Positions 9,731 through 18,703 of a stretch of 64,000 bases of DNA are shown piece after piece. Position 1 is the first letter of the stretch; every line of letters starts with the position of its first letter. Source of the DNA: Minisyncoccia bacterium (GTDB lineage: Bacteria; Patescibacteriota; Minisyncoccia; Phycocordibacterales; UBA9973); NCBI GenBank assembly GCA_039809245.1, contig JBDHUP010000002.1:75188-139187 (forward strand). Direction: 5' to 3'. The notes under the pieces were generated by a model. The model worked only from the letters and a program-made list of their open reading frames with translations. It made no database searches and had not been told where the DNA came from. The position numbers were made by a program, and so were the translations under genes.

Positions 9731-9994
9731 CTACTTAATGTCTTTAAAATGACTTTGTGGAAGAAATTTATTTAAATCAGAAATAATTCCTTGTTTGTGA
9801 ATTAAAATTTCATTTTTAATAGATGGTGAACTATTTATAAAAATAATCCCATTTTTTATATTAATTAGATCTTGCTTAATTTCAAACGAAATGTGTTTTG
9901 TTATTGTCTCGGCAATTATTCTACTTGATACCTCTTTTTGAGATAGAATCTTTTTGAATTTATCTAAAAAACCTTTAATGTGTCCGTAATCCAT
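9731..9994 (-). CDS. Small protein downstream of dnaN (DUF721/DciA-like by position only)
   Basis: 87 aa, immediately 3' of dnaN with a 1-nt gap. No motif recognised. Confidence 0.3.
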   Translation of the reverse strand: MDYGHIKGFLDKFKKILSQKEVSSRIIAETITKHISFEIKQDLINIKNGIIFINSSPSIKNEILIHKQGIISDLNKFLPQSHFKDIK

Positions 9995-9995
9995 T

Positions 9996-11093
9996 TTATC
10001 TATTCATTGGCATTACTAAGTACATAAAAGACGGGTCACCTACAGCTTTAATTATCATAGGCTTACTATTACCATTTAATTCCAAATTAAGACTATCTGA
10101 AGATATCGACTGGAAACAATCCACTATATACTTGTAGTTAAAATTAGCAGAAACAACTTCTCCAGATAATGCTCCAGAGACTAGTGTATTATTTTCACCT
10201 ATATCTGAATTTTTAGCTTCTATTTCAAATACTTTTTCTTTAGGGTTAATATTTATAGAAATCTGGTTAAACTTATCTGAAAATATATTTGAAATTTTAA
10301 GTGAATTTATAAAATCTTGTTTTAACACAACAGCTTGCGTTGTAGAGTTCTTAGGGATTATTTGTTTATAGTCAGGGAAAACTCCATCTATAATCCTTGA
10401 TGTTAGGTAAATATTGTTGGTTAGGAAAGATACTTGGTTTTTTTGAAGTGTTATTAATAAATCATCATCAAAACCATCGAAAACTTTAATTATCTCTAGT
10501 GTGTTTTTGAAGGGTATTAAAATACCATCAAATGATAATTTTTGTTTTATTCTTACTTTTTTCTCAGCAAGTCTAAAAGAATCTGTCGCTACAAAAACCA
10601 ACATATCTTCTTCTGGGTATATATAAACACTTCCTATTTCCGGTTTAATTTCAGACGTTGATGCTCCATAGTAAATAGACTTAACACCTTCAATAAATTT
10701 TTTAGATGATATTGTAAGTTTTTCTCCTTCTACTATTGGTATTGTTGGGAAATCTTCATAAGGAATACTTTTTATTAAAATCTTGTTTGATTTTGTTTTT
10801 ACAGAAAGATTATCGTTTATAATTTCAAAAGATATATTACCATCACCTTGTAAGGCAGAGAATAAAGAAGATAGTATATCCCCTTTTATAGCTGTTATAC
10901 CTTCTTTTTCTATTTTTGCTGGTATATCTATTTCTATTCCTATATTTAGATTTGTAGCTCTAAGTTTTAGTGTTTTACCAGAAGCAACCCAAAGTATTGA
11001 TCCTAAAACAGGGAGTGTTAGATTTTTACCAGTTATCCTTTCTACTGTAATTAAAGCTGTTTTTATTTTTTCTATTGAGCACTCTAGTTTCAT
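9996..11093 (-). CDS. dnaN: DNA polymerase III beta sliding clamp
   Basis: Three-domain clamp architecture. N-terminus MKLECSIEKIKTAL...LPVLGSIL. Position after dnaA. Confidence 0.85.
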   Translation of the reverse strand: MKLECSIEKIKTALITVERITGKNLTLPVLGSILWVASGKTLKLRATNLNIGIEIDIPAKIEKEGITAIKGDILSSLFSALQGDGNISFEIINDNLSVKTKSNKILIKSIPYEDFPTIPIVEGEKLTISSKKFIEGVKSIYYGASTSEIKPEIGSVYIYPEEDMLVFVATDSFRLAEKKVRIKQKLSFDGILIPFKNTLEIIKVFDGFDDDLLITLQKNQVSFLTNNIYLTSRIIDGVFPDYKQIIPKNSTTQAVVLKQDFINSLKISNIFSDKFNQISININPKEKVFEIEAKNSDIGENNTLVSGALSGEVVSANFNYKYIVDCFQSISSDSLNLELNGNSKPMIIKAVGDPSFMYLVMPMNR

Positions 11094-11304
11094 AGTATTG
11101 TTATTATTATCTATTAATACTTTATTATTACTATTAATTATGTGAATATGTGGATTACTTTTTATATACTTATATTATAAAGTTTTTATGTATTTTTTAT
11201 TTCTAATTAAAATAAATTTTTTGTTGATTAGTTTATATTTGTATTTTTTATATAAACTTTTCCACAAACTATTATTTTTTAAACACAGTTTTTCCACATA
11301 CTTA
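11094..11304. other. Putative oriC / DNA-unwinding region (dnaN-dnaA intergenic, very AT-rich, DnaA-box-like 9-mers)
   Basis: tgtggatta (11143-11151, rc TAATCCACA), TTTTCCACA at ~11252 and ~11290, long A/T tracts. Confidence 0.5.
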
Positions 11305-12663
11305 TCATTTAAACATAATTCTTATTTTTTCTATTTCTTGTAATAACGACGGGTCTGTTTTTAAATCATTTTTAATTTTAAGGTGAGAGTGTATTACTGT
11401 AGTATGATCTCTTCCACCCATCTTTTGTCCTATTAAAGGGTATGAAATATTAAAATCTTCACGAAGTATATACATTGCAACTTGTCGGGCTCTAACAATT
11501 TCCTTCCTCCTTGTTTTCTCGTAGATTATTTCTTCTGTTATCCCATATTGTAAAGCTATAATTCTGACAATATCTTTTATAGCTACTGTCTTTTTTGGCC
11601 TAATATTGTTTTTTATTAGAGTTTTTACTTCAGCAACAGATAAAACCTTATTTTTCAACTGGGATTGGCAAATTACAGTGTTTAAACTACCTTCAAGTTC
11701 GCGGATATTTCCTTCTAAAGATTCAGCTAAATAAGAAACAACCTCATTATCAACATCACAATTAGATGACTCAAATTTTGCTTTTATAATAGCAACTCGA
11801 GATTCGTAATCTGGCTCGACTATCTGGACAATCATCCCAGACCCAAATCTGGATTGAAGTCTATCTTCTAAACCCTGGATAAAATTCGGGTGTTTATCTG
11901 ATGAGAAAATAATTTGTTTATTGCTTTCGTATAAAGTATTAAAAAGATGGAACAATTCCTCTTGAGTTTTGTCTTTCCCAGAAATAAACTGAATATCATC
12001 CATTATAATAACATCATATTTTCTATATTTCTCTTTAAATGAGTTTGGGTTTTTGTTTTGGATTGAATTTATATAATCAATAGCAAATCGTTCTAGACTC
12101 ACATAATATATCTTTTTTAGGGGATACTTTGTTTTAATAGTATTACCTATTGCTTGTATCATATGGGTCTTACCCAAACCTGTACCACCATATATAAAAA
12201 ATGGATTATAATTTTGACCTGGATTTGTGATTATGGCTTGGGCTACAGCATAAGCAAGTTCATTAAATGGGCCAACCACAAATGAGTTGAATGTATATTT
12301 AGGATTTAAGTTGTCATCTTTATTTACATAAAGATCATTTAAAGGTAGCTCTTTATTAGTATTAACTACAGGTAAAACCTTATCTTCACTGTGAGCTTTA
12401 CTACTATCGTGTTTATGTATTATATATTCAACATTTCTAATACTTTCCTCATAGGCTATAAGAGTTTTTAGTATGAGTTTATGAAATTTATTATATAGCC
12501 AGTCTTTTACAAATTCATTTGGGACGCCGACATACAAAGTTCCACTATCTTCTTTAACTATTGATGTATTTTTAAACCAAGTAGTGAAGTTGGCTTTTGA
12601 GATATTTAACTCAATTTCTGAAAGACAATTATCCCAAAGCTCTTTTGTGTTCATAGTGCACAT
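11305..12663 (-). CDS. dnaA: Chromosomal replication initiator DnaA
   Basis: AAA+ Walker A GGTGLGKTH, DnaA domain IV C-terminus, divergent from rpmH. Confidence 0.9.
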   Translation of the reverse strand: MCTMNTKELWDNCLSEIELNISKANFTTWFKNTSIVKEDSGTLYVGVPNEFVKDWLYNKFHKLILKTLIAYEESIRNVEYIIHKHDSSKAHSEDKVLPVVNTNKELPLNDLYVNKDDNLNPKYTFNSFVVGPFNELAYAVAQAIITNPGQNYNPFFIYGGTGLGKTHMIQAIGNTIKTKYPLKKIYYVSLERFAIDYINSIQNKNPNSFKEKYRKYDVIIMDDIQFISGKDKTQEELFHLFNTLYESNKQIIFSSDKHPNFIQGLEDRLQSRFGSGMIVQIVEPDYESRVAIIKAKFESSNCDVDNEVVSYLAESLEGNIRELEGSLNTVICQSQLKNKVLSVAEVKTLIKNNIRPKKTVAIKDIVRIIALQYGITEEIIYEKTRRKEIVRARQVAMYILREDFNISYPLIGQKMGGRDHTTVIHSHLKIKNDLKTDPSLLQEIEKIRIMFK

Positions 12664-12785
12664 TATACTCTAGTTTTCCAAACTCCCAATAATTCAATGT
12701 CTGGATTAACCTGTTAACAACCTGTGGATATGTTTACACCCCTATAAACATTGCTTTTAATGTAATTTTAGTATATATTTCCCTT
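12664..12785. promoter_or_regulatory. dnaA/rpmH divergent promoter region with DnaA-box-like element (second oriC candidate)
   Basis: ctgtggata at 12717-12725 (rc TATCCACAG). Confidence 0.35.
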
Positions 12786-12926
12786 ATGTCTCAAACATAT
12801 CAACCAAACACACGGAAACGAGCTAAATCTCATGGCTTCTTAGTAAGAGCCAAAACTCCTGGTGGCAAGAAAGTTAATGCTCGCCGACGACAAAAAGGTC
12901 GGGCTAGAGTTTCAATCAAGAAATAA
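12786..12926 (+). CDS. rpmH: 50S ribosomal protein L34
   Basis: 46 aa [46 protein letters not shown]. Not in the ORF track (<60 aa). Confidence 0.9.
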   Translation: MSQTYQPNTRKRAKSHGFLVRAKTPGGKKVNARRRQKGRARVSIKK

Positions 12927-12929
12927 GCT

Positions 12930-13250
12930 ATGTTTTTAAAGAAAAAGCGGGTCACAAAAGAGCTCTTCCAAGCAATTATGAAGCAAGGGAGAACACTCTC
13001 AGGCTCGCTTTTTTCTTTTCGTTATATTAAACAAAAAGAACCGCAGTATGCCTTTGTTGTCCCAAAAAGCGTTGAAAAACAAGCTGTTTCTAGGAATAAA
13101 CTAAGAAGAGTTGGTTATAATGCTCTAAAAACTCATAATCCTGAATCTTGTGCTGGTATATTTTTCTTTAAAAAAGAAGCTAAAAAGGCAAATTTCAATG
13201 AAATAAAGCTTGATTTAAAGGCTATTTTGGAAAAAGCCCAAATTTCTTAA
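12930..13250 (+). CDS. rnpA: RNase P protein component
   Basis: Position after rpmH. Basic 106-aa protein with RnpA-like N-terminus. Confidence 0.8.
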   Translation: MFLKKKRVTKELFQAIMKQGRTLSGSLFSFRYIKQKEPQYAFVVPKSVEKQAVSRNKLRRVGYNALKTHNPESCAGIFFFKKEAKKANFNEIKLDLKAILEKAQIS

Positions 13251-13254
13251 CTAT

Positions 13255-13461
13255 ATGAAAAATGTAATATTATGGCTTATATCTCTATATCAAAAAATAC
13301 CATTGAAATCTCATAGTTCTTGTGTTTTTATACCTACTTGCTCAGAATATACAAAAGAAGCTGTAAATAAATATGGGGCTATATATGGATCATGGAAAGG
13401 GTTTTTAAGAATTTGTCGTTGTCATCCATGGCAGAAAAATCATTACGATCCTTTAAAATAA
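13255..13461 (+). CDS. yidD: Membrane protein insertion efficiency factor YidD
   Basis: SCVFIPTCSEY...CRCHPWQ signature. Position between rnpA and yidC. Confidence 0.8.
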   Translation: MKNVILWLISLYQKIPLKSHSSCVFIPTCSEYTKEAVNKYGAIYGSWKGFLRICRCHPWQKNHYDPLK

Positions 13462-13484
13462 AGGGATTTTGATTAAGAGCATTT

Positions 13485-14243
13485 TTGATATACAATAGGG
13501 TGATGCATACTCTATGGAACACCGTATTTTATCAACCTATCTATAATGCCCTTATATTTATTATAAACAATGTCACTTGGGGTGATGTTGGGTTTGCAAT
13601 AATAATACTTACGGTAATTATTAAGTTCATCCTATTCCCTCTTACTAAAAAGTCTATTAAAAGTCAGATCTTGATGAAAAAAATAGAGCCTGATTTAAAA
13701 AGAATTAAAAAAGAGTTTCCAAACAAAGAAGAACAAGCTAAAAAAACATTTGAACTTTATAAAAAGTACGGAGTCAATCCATTTTCAGGATGTCTAGTTG
13801 TTATTCTCCAACTTCCAGTTATATTTGCACTTTACTATGTTTTCTACAAAGGATTATCTCTTGATGCAGGGCCTCTATATGCTTTTATACAAGCCCCTGT
13901 CGCTCCGCACACAAATTTCCTAGGTATATTTGATGTCCATGGCAAAAGTATCGTCCTAGCGTTATTTGCGGGGGTATCTCAATTTGTCCAAGGTTATCTT
14001 GCTACACCGATTAAACCAAAAGTTGAAGTAGTGAAAGAAGTCCAAGCACCAGAGCCAAAAACATTCCAAGAACAGCTATCAGATAGTATGCAGATGAATG
14101 TAAGATACATATTACCTGTATTTATCGCTTTTATTGCTTATCAAATATCAGCAGCGGTTGCAATATATTGGATTACAAGTAATGTATTTACTATAGTTCA
14201 AGAATGGTATATTCGTAAATCTCTTAAAGAAACTATAGCTTAA
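13485..14243 (+). CDS. yidC: Membrane protein insertase YidC (short monoderm type)
   Basis: Multi-TM 252-aa protein. Conserved operon position. Confidence 0.8.
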   Translation: MIYNRVMHTLWNTVFYQPIYNALIFIINNVTWGDVGFAIIILTVIIKFILFPLTKKSIKSQILMKKIEPDLKRIKKEFPNKEEQAKKTFELYKKYGVNPFSGCLVVILQLPVIFALYYVFYKGLSLDAGPLYAFIQAPVAPHTNFLGIFDVHGKSIVLALFAGVSQFVQGYLATPIKPKVEVVKEVQAPEPKTFQEQLSDSMQMNVRYILPVFIAFIAYQISAAVAIYWITSNVFTIVQEWYIRKSLKETIA

Positions 14244-14247
14244 TTTT

Positions 14248-14709
14248 ATGAATCAAAACGAAATCAAAAAAATCATAGAAGATATATTTACCCAAACAGG
14301 GTGTACTATTTCAAAATGTGAGTTTTCTGATGAGAACGGGATGCTTTGGTGTATGATCGACACTCCCGACTCTAGATTTATGATTGGTCGTGATGGTGAG
14401 ACACTCCGCTCTCTCAATCACATTGTTCGTAAAATGATAGAAAAGACTTCAGATGAAGAGCAAGCCGCGAATTTATTTATAGATATAAATGCATATCAGA
14501 AGAAACGTTTTGATAATCTAAAAACTATAGCTCATATGATGGCTGAACGTGCTCGATATTTCAAGAGTAGTATTGAAGTAGATCCTATGCCCGCTTATGA
14601 AAGACGAATTGTCCATATGTTCTTAGAAGGAGCTCCAGATATAAAGACTGAATCTGAAGGCTATGGAGCAAATCGTCGAGTAGTGATTAAATATGTTGAA
14701 ACTAACTAA
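14248..14709 (+). CDS. jag: Jag/KhpB-like RNA-binding protein (KH + R3H)
   Basis: C-terminal R3H (ERRIVHMFLE...RRVVIKYV). Operon position after yidC. Confidence 0.75.
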   Translation: MNQNEIKKIIEDIFTQTGCTISKCEFSDENGMLWCMIDTPDSRFMIGRDGETLRSLNHIVRKMIEKTSDEEQAANLFIDINAYQKKRFDNLKTIAHMMAERARYFKSSIEVDPMPAYERRIVHMFLEGAPDIKTESEGYGANRRVVIKYVETN

Positions 14710-14710
14710 A

Positions 14711-16057
14711 TTAGTTTAAGTCTAGACTCCACAATGTGGAGTCTTTCTTATTTATGAAGAATAGCTGACTATCTTTGTCATCTAAGAATAAATGTATTCC
14801 ATCTATAGGTGAGCCATATGTTGAGTCGGCGATAGTAGTTATTTCGTTAGTGGCTGAATTTATCTTAATAAAACGATCAGTGAAAGAAACCAGCCCTTGA
14901 TACCAGCTATCAGGATATTGATTACCATCTATACTATTAGGGATAGCACAATAAATAATTGAAGGATTATTTGCCCAAACACACTTTTCTGGGAGTCCAT
15001 AAATATTTAAATCTAAAGACGAATGATTTTTAACATTAAATATTTCTAATTTAGGACCTGTATCAAAAGAGGCACTATATAAAACAAGCGAACCATCACT
15101 ATTTGCAAGAGTAGTGAGCCCAGGTATTCCACCTAAAATTTTTGTTAAGACTCCACTTATAGCATTTAAGCTAAATAAACTTCCATCGACAGAATAAGAG
15201 GCTTTGGTCGTGAGATATATTTTTTGATCAGTAACCCATTGTGATAACCATTCAGTTATAGATGAGTTAAATACTTGAGTTTTCTTAGTATCATTAAAAG
15301 ATCTTGTTGAACCCGTTACACCACTAAATGTTTTAGTTAGGTAAAAGAATTTTGTTTTATCTGGAGAAAGACTTACATCTAAAATATTTGATGGAAGGAA
15401 CTCTCCTTGAGTACCTCCAAGTGTAGCAAAGAAACTCGTTATAGATTTATTATCACTATCTAAATATCTATATATGACAGAAGAAGCCTTGCTATCAAAA
15501 AACGCTTCATAAATATTTGGTATTGTTGAATTAGAAACCTCTCCTGTAGCTTTCGTATCTAGATACATTTGCTCAATGTGACCTGTGGCACGCTCGACAT
15601 ATCTTAGAGACGGAACTGTTTCAAATTTTGGTGGTGCTGGTTTAGGAACAGTTTTAGTCTTCTTTGTTGTTGTTTTTGGAACTTCCTCTGTAGGTGCTTC
15701 TCCACCAGGCAAGGATACTTCCTCTGTAGGTAAAGGCCTCATGTCTTCAAAGAAAGCTGCTCCTGCTACTGAGAATTCTGTTAATTTGTGAAATCTAGAT
15801 GATTCTTGAGCTATTTGAGGGTTTGTGTTTGTATTTGAACTAGTGTTTAAATTTGTTGTGCCAACATCACCACCAGATGTAGTTGTGTTATTTGTTGTGT
15901 TTTGAGTTGTACCCCCTCCTAAGAATGGCTGGTATTGTTGATTATCTGTAGCACTGTTGCTTGTTGTTGTTTTGTTGGTGTATAAATAAAAACCTAGAGA
16001 TATAACTCCAACTAAAATGAATACAGTTATGAAAATGATTTTTGTTTTTCGTGGCAT
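14711..16057 (-). CDS. T4SS-like cluster gene 12: membrane-anchored protein with a Thr/Asn-rich low-complexity linker, a Pro-rich segment and a C-terminal beta-rich (propeller-like) domain
   Basis: N-terminal TM KIIFITVFILVGVISLGFYLY. TTSNSATDNQQ...TNLNTSSNTNTN linker. Confidence 0.5.
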   Translation of the reverse strand: MPRKTKIIFITVFILVGVISLGFYLYTNKTTTSNSATDNQQYQPFLGGGTTQNTTNNTTTSGGDVGTTNLNTSSNTNTNPQIAQESSRFHKLTEFSVAGAAFFEDMRPLPTEEVSLPGGEAPTEEVPKTTTKKTKTVPKPAPPKFETVPSLRYVERATGHIEQMYLDTKATGEVSNSTIPNIYEAFFDSKASSVIYRYLDSDNKSITSFFATLGGTQGEFLPSNILDVSLSPDKTKFFYLTKTFSGVTGSTRSFNDTKKTQVFNSSITEWLSQWVTDQKIYLTTKASYSVDGSLFSLNAISGVLTKILGGIPGLTTLANSDGSLVLYSASFDTGPKLEIFNVKNHSSLDLNIYGLPEKCVWANNPSIIYCAIPNSIDGNQYPDSWYQGLVSFTDRFIKINSATNEITTIADSTYGSPIDGIHLFLDDKDSQLFFINKKDSTLWSLDLN

Positions 16058-16060
16058 ATA

Positions 16061-17647
16061 TTATTTATTTATCTTAGGCCAGTTCTTGTTAACTCCATTT
16101 AAATTTGATTTATAAAATTGGGCAGCTGCAAAAGTATTATGATAAGCATCAAGTATTGTTCCACCTTTTTTCCCAAAATTATTAAACACATCTTTACTTA
16201 ATTGGAATAATCCAGAATACCCAAATTTATTTACTGTAGTGATTGATGCTTGAGTTGTACAACCTCCAGCTGACTCTATTCTACACATAGTTCTTAGTTG
16301 GGATACATCTACACCTGTCTCACCAGAGACTTTTACAAGGCTACTATCAATGAAGCTTGGAATTGCAGGGGTTGTCTTTCTTTTTACTGCCGCTACTTTT
16401 ACTGCCCAATATTTTAAGAAATTAGCAGTAGTTAAAGTTGATGTTCCTATTGTCTTCTGTGCACTCGCTGGATTGAAATTGTTCCTCATATTCCTAGCTA
16501 TATCTCCTCTAGCAAATGGATTATTTGCTGGTACTTGAGTATACCCCTTTTTTGCAGCCCAAAGTATTGCTGAAGCTCCTGCTGTCCCTTGTTGGTGGGC
16601 TAGATAACCTAAAAATGAAGGATCATTATAATCTGAAGGATTAATAGTTATGTTAGAAATATCAAAGCTATCAATGTTATTCATAAAGTCAGGATCATCA
16701 GCACGATCTCGTGCTACTATCACTGATTCTACTTGATCTACCGTTACCCCATTTTTACCTGTCAGGTCAGGATTGATAGTATTTAATATCAAGTATGCAC
16801 CTAAGGCGATAAATAGGCCCAGAATAGCTGATAAGATTTTACTTTTTGCTTCAGTTTTACCAAAAACAGATTCGTCTCCCATATATTGTATTCCACTTAT
16901 AACAATCATTACGACAGCAAGTACTCCACAGATTCCTATCGCAAGTAAGAATATAATATTTAAGTAACAACCGATACCATTATTTAAATCTGGATTTCCA
17001 GGACACTTACCCCCTTGAGATTTTACTTCTTTCAAATTGCCTATAGGCGCAAGTAATTTATAAACATTGTCGCTACTGTTATCTCCACTTCCAACATCAA
17101 GATTATAAACCTCATCTTGTTTACCAGTAGCTTTTACAGCTTCAGCTGTTTTCTGAACACAATCACTTGAGCTAGAAGAACCGCTTGCAAGTTTATCTTT
17201 TGCTAATTCTGATCTACAACTCTCTGGTGTTTCAAAGGGACCTATATAGTATCCAGCGAAATTAACAAACCACCACTTTAAGTTACTAGGGGCTGGGGTT
17301 GAATCAACAGTAAACTCAGTGTCACTAACAGCAGTTCCTCTGGATGCTGTCTTTATAGTTATTTTACCAGTTACAGCATTTTCAGGAACTTTGACCTCGA
17401 GTAAATCTAACCCTTGTGGATTTAGGGTTGTATTTGTTACGGTAGCTTGAATTGAGCCAAATAAGACGCTTGTTATTTGATAAAAATTGAACCCACTAAT
17501 AGTTATTAGATCACCAGGTCTACCTGATCCAGGATCGAATCCTTTTATCTCAATGTTATTTCCCGCGTTTGAAATATTAAAGAGTAAACAAAATAAAAAG
17601 AAAGTCAGTAAAGATATTTTTAAAATTCTAGATAAATGTTTTTTCAT
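16061..17647 (-). CDS. T4SS-like cluster gene 11: secreted protein with central VirB2/TrbC-pilin-like helical hairpin fused to a C-terminal VirB1-like lytic transglycosylase (SLT) domain
   Basis: Signal peptide. Two hydrophobic helices around residues 230-300 (IIFLLAIGICGVLAVVMIVISGIQYM / ILSAILGLFIALGAYLILN). C-terminal RIESAGG...YSGLFQL...DAYHNTFAAAQFY resembles the SLT E-S...GLMQ...AYN motif set. Confidence 0.5.
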   Translation of the reverse strand: MKKHLSRILKISLLTFFLFCLLFNISNAGNNIEIKGFDPGSGRPGDLITISGFNFYQITSVLFGSIQATVTNTTLNPQGLDLLEVKVPENAVTGKITIKTASRGTAVSDTEFTVDSTPAPSNLKWWFVNFAGYYIGPFETPESCRSELAKDKLASGSSSSSDCVQKTAEAVKATGKQDEVYNLDVGSGDNSSDNVYKLLAPIGNLKEVKSQGGKCPGNPDLNNGIGCYLNIIFLLAIGICGVLAVVMIVISGIQYMGDESVFGKTEAKSKILSAILGLFIALGAYLILNTINPDLTGKNGVTVDQVESVIVARDRADDPDFMNNIDSFDISNITINPSDYNDPSFLGYLAHQQGTAGASAILWAAKKGYTQVPANNPFARGDIARNMRNNFNPASAQKTIGTSTLTTANFLKYWAVKVAAVKRKTTPAIPSFIDSSLVKVSGETGVDVSQLRTMCRIESAGGCTTQASITTVNKFGYSGLFQLSKDVFNNFGKKGGTILDAYHNTFAAAQFYKSNLNGVNKNWPKINK

Positions 17648-17649
17648 AA

Positions 17650-18645
17650 TTAAAGACTCAATTTAAGCTTACCTGTTACTTTCTGATAAAGTGTGTTTAG
17701 GTTTTCAAAGACAACATCTATAGTGGCATATCCACCACGAGATGCTGGGCGAATAGTGAGCTCAGTCTTTTTTGAAGGGGTGGCTATATCTTTACCATTT
17801 ATCTTCCATTCATAAGAAAAGTTGTTTTCATTTCCATTTAGAGATATGAAGTAAGGTTCTGCTACAATAGTAACTTCATCTTCACTAATAAAAGAACCAT
17901 CTCCCAGTGCTTGATTATACAGGATGCCTTCAGTTGGTGATTTTTTGTAAAATACAACTTTTGGTTTTGTTATTGGGACTTCAATTGTTCCAACTGCACG
18001 ATATCTTCCATCTATAGATTCTGCAGTTACGCTGACATTCTCACTATCATTTAACTCACTATTTTTAAATACATAAGAGTCCTTGTTGTAGCCAGATACA
18101 CCCAGCACTGTATTATTATTAGACTTCCATGTATAAGTTATGGAACCCTTACCTTGCTTAATAGTATTAGTATTTGGAATTGCCACAACTTTTATTAAAC
18201 CTTCAGCTGTTGGGAAAGATTTTCCTCGGTAAAATGGTGGAGTATATGAATCAACTCCCTCCCAAACTAGTTCAACCTCTGACGGGTTAATAGTCACCCT
18301 CTTTGTAATATTATCTAAAGAGCCTGGTATACTAATAGTAATATCTAGTATAGTAATAGTATTTGGCCCTTGTGTCTTAAAAGAATAACTTGTCTTACCA
18401 TATCCTGATAGAACAATACTAGACCCACTTTGCCATTGGATAAATGCCTTATTTAAATCAGTAGCATAACTATTTAAACTTACTGTTACATCTTGATATG
18501 GCTGTGGGTTTTCAGGAATTATATCGGCTGAAACATCCCCTTCTTGAGGGTTTATCTGGTTCGCTGCCATAGAAACTCTACCCACATAAATTAAGCCAAG
18601 AACTAGGAGAATACTAAACAATATTTTTAGTCTTATTTTAGTCAC
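17650..18645 (-). CDS. T4SS-like cluster gene 10: secreted beta-rich protein
   Basis: N-terminal signal/TM, no recognisable catalytic motif. Confidence 0.45.
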   Translation of the reverse strand: MTKIRLKILFSILLVLGLIYVGRVSMAANQINPQEGDVSADIIPENPQPYQDVTVSLNSYATDLNKAFIQWQSGSSIVLSGYGKTSYSFKTQGPNTITILDITISIPGSLDNITKRVTINPSEVELVWEGVDSYTPPFYRGKSFPTAEGLIKVVAIPNTNTIKQGKGSITYTWKSNNNTVLGVSGYNKDSYVFKNSELNDSENVSVTAESIDGRYRAVGTIEVPITKPKVVFYKKSPTEGILYNQALGDGSFISEDEVTIVAEPYFISLNGNENNFSYEWKINGKDIATPSKKTELTIRPASRGGYATIDVVFENLNTLYQKVTGKLKLSL

Positions 18646-18703
18646 TTTTATATTATACGCGAACCTAACTCCCTAAACAACTGTATTTTAATAGTTATTA
18701 AGT

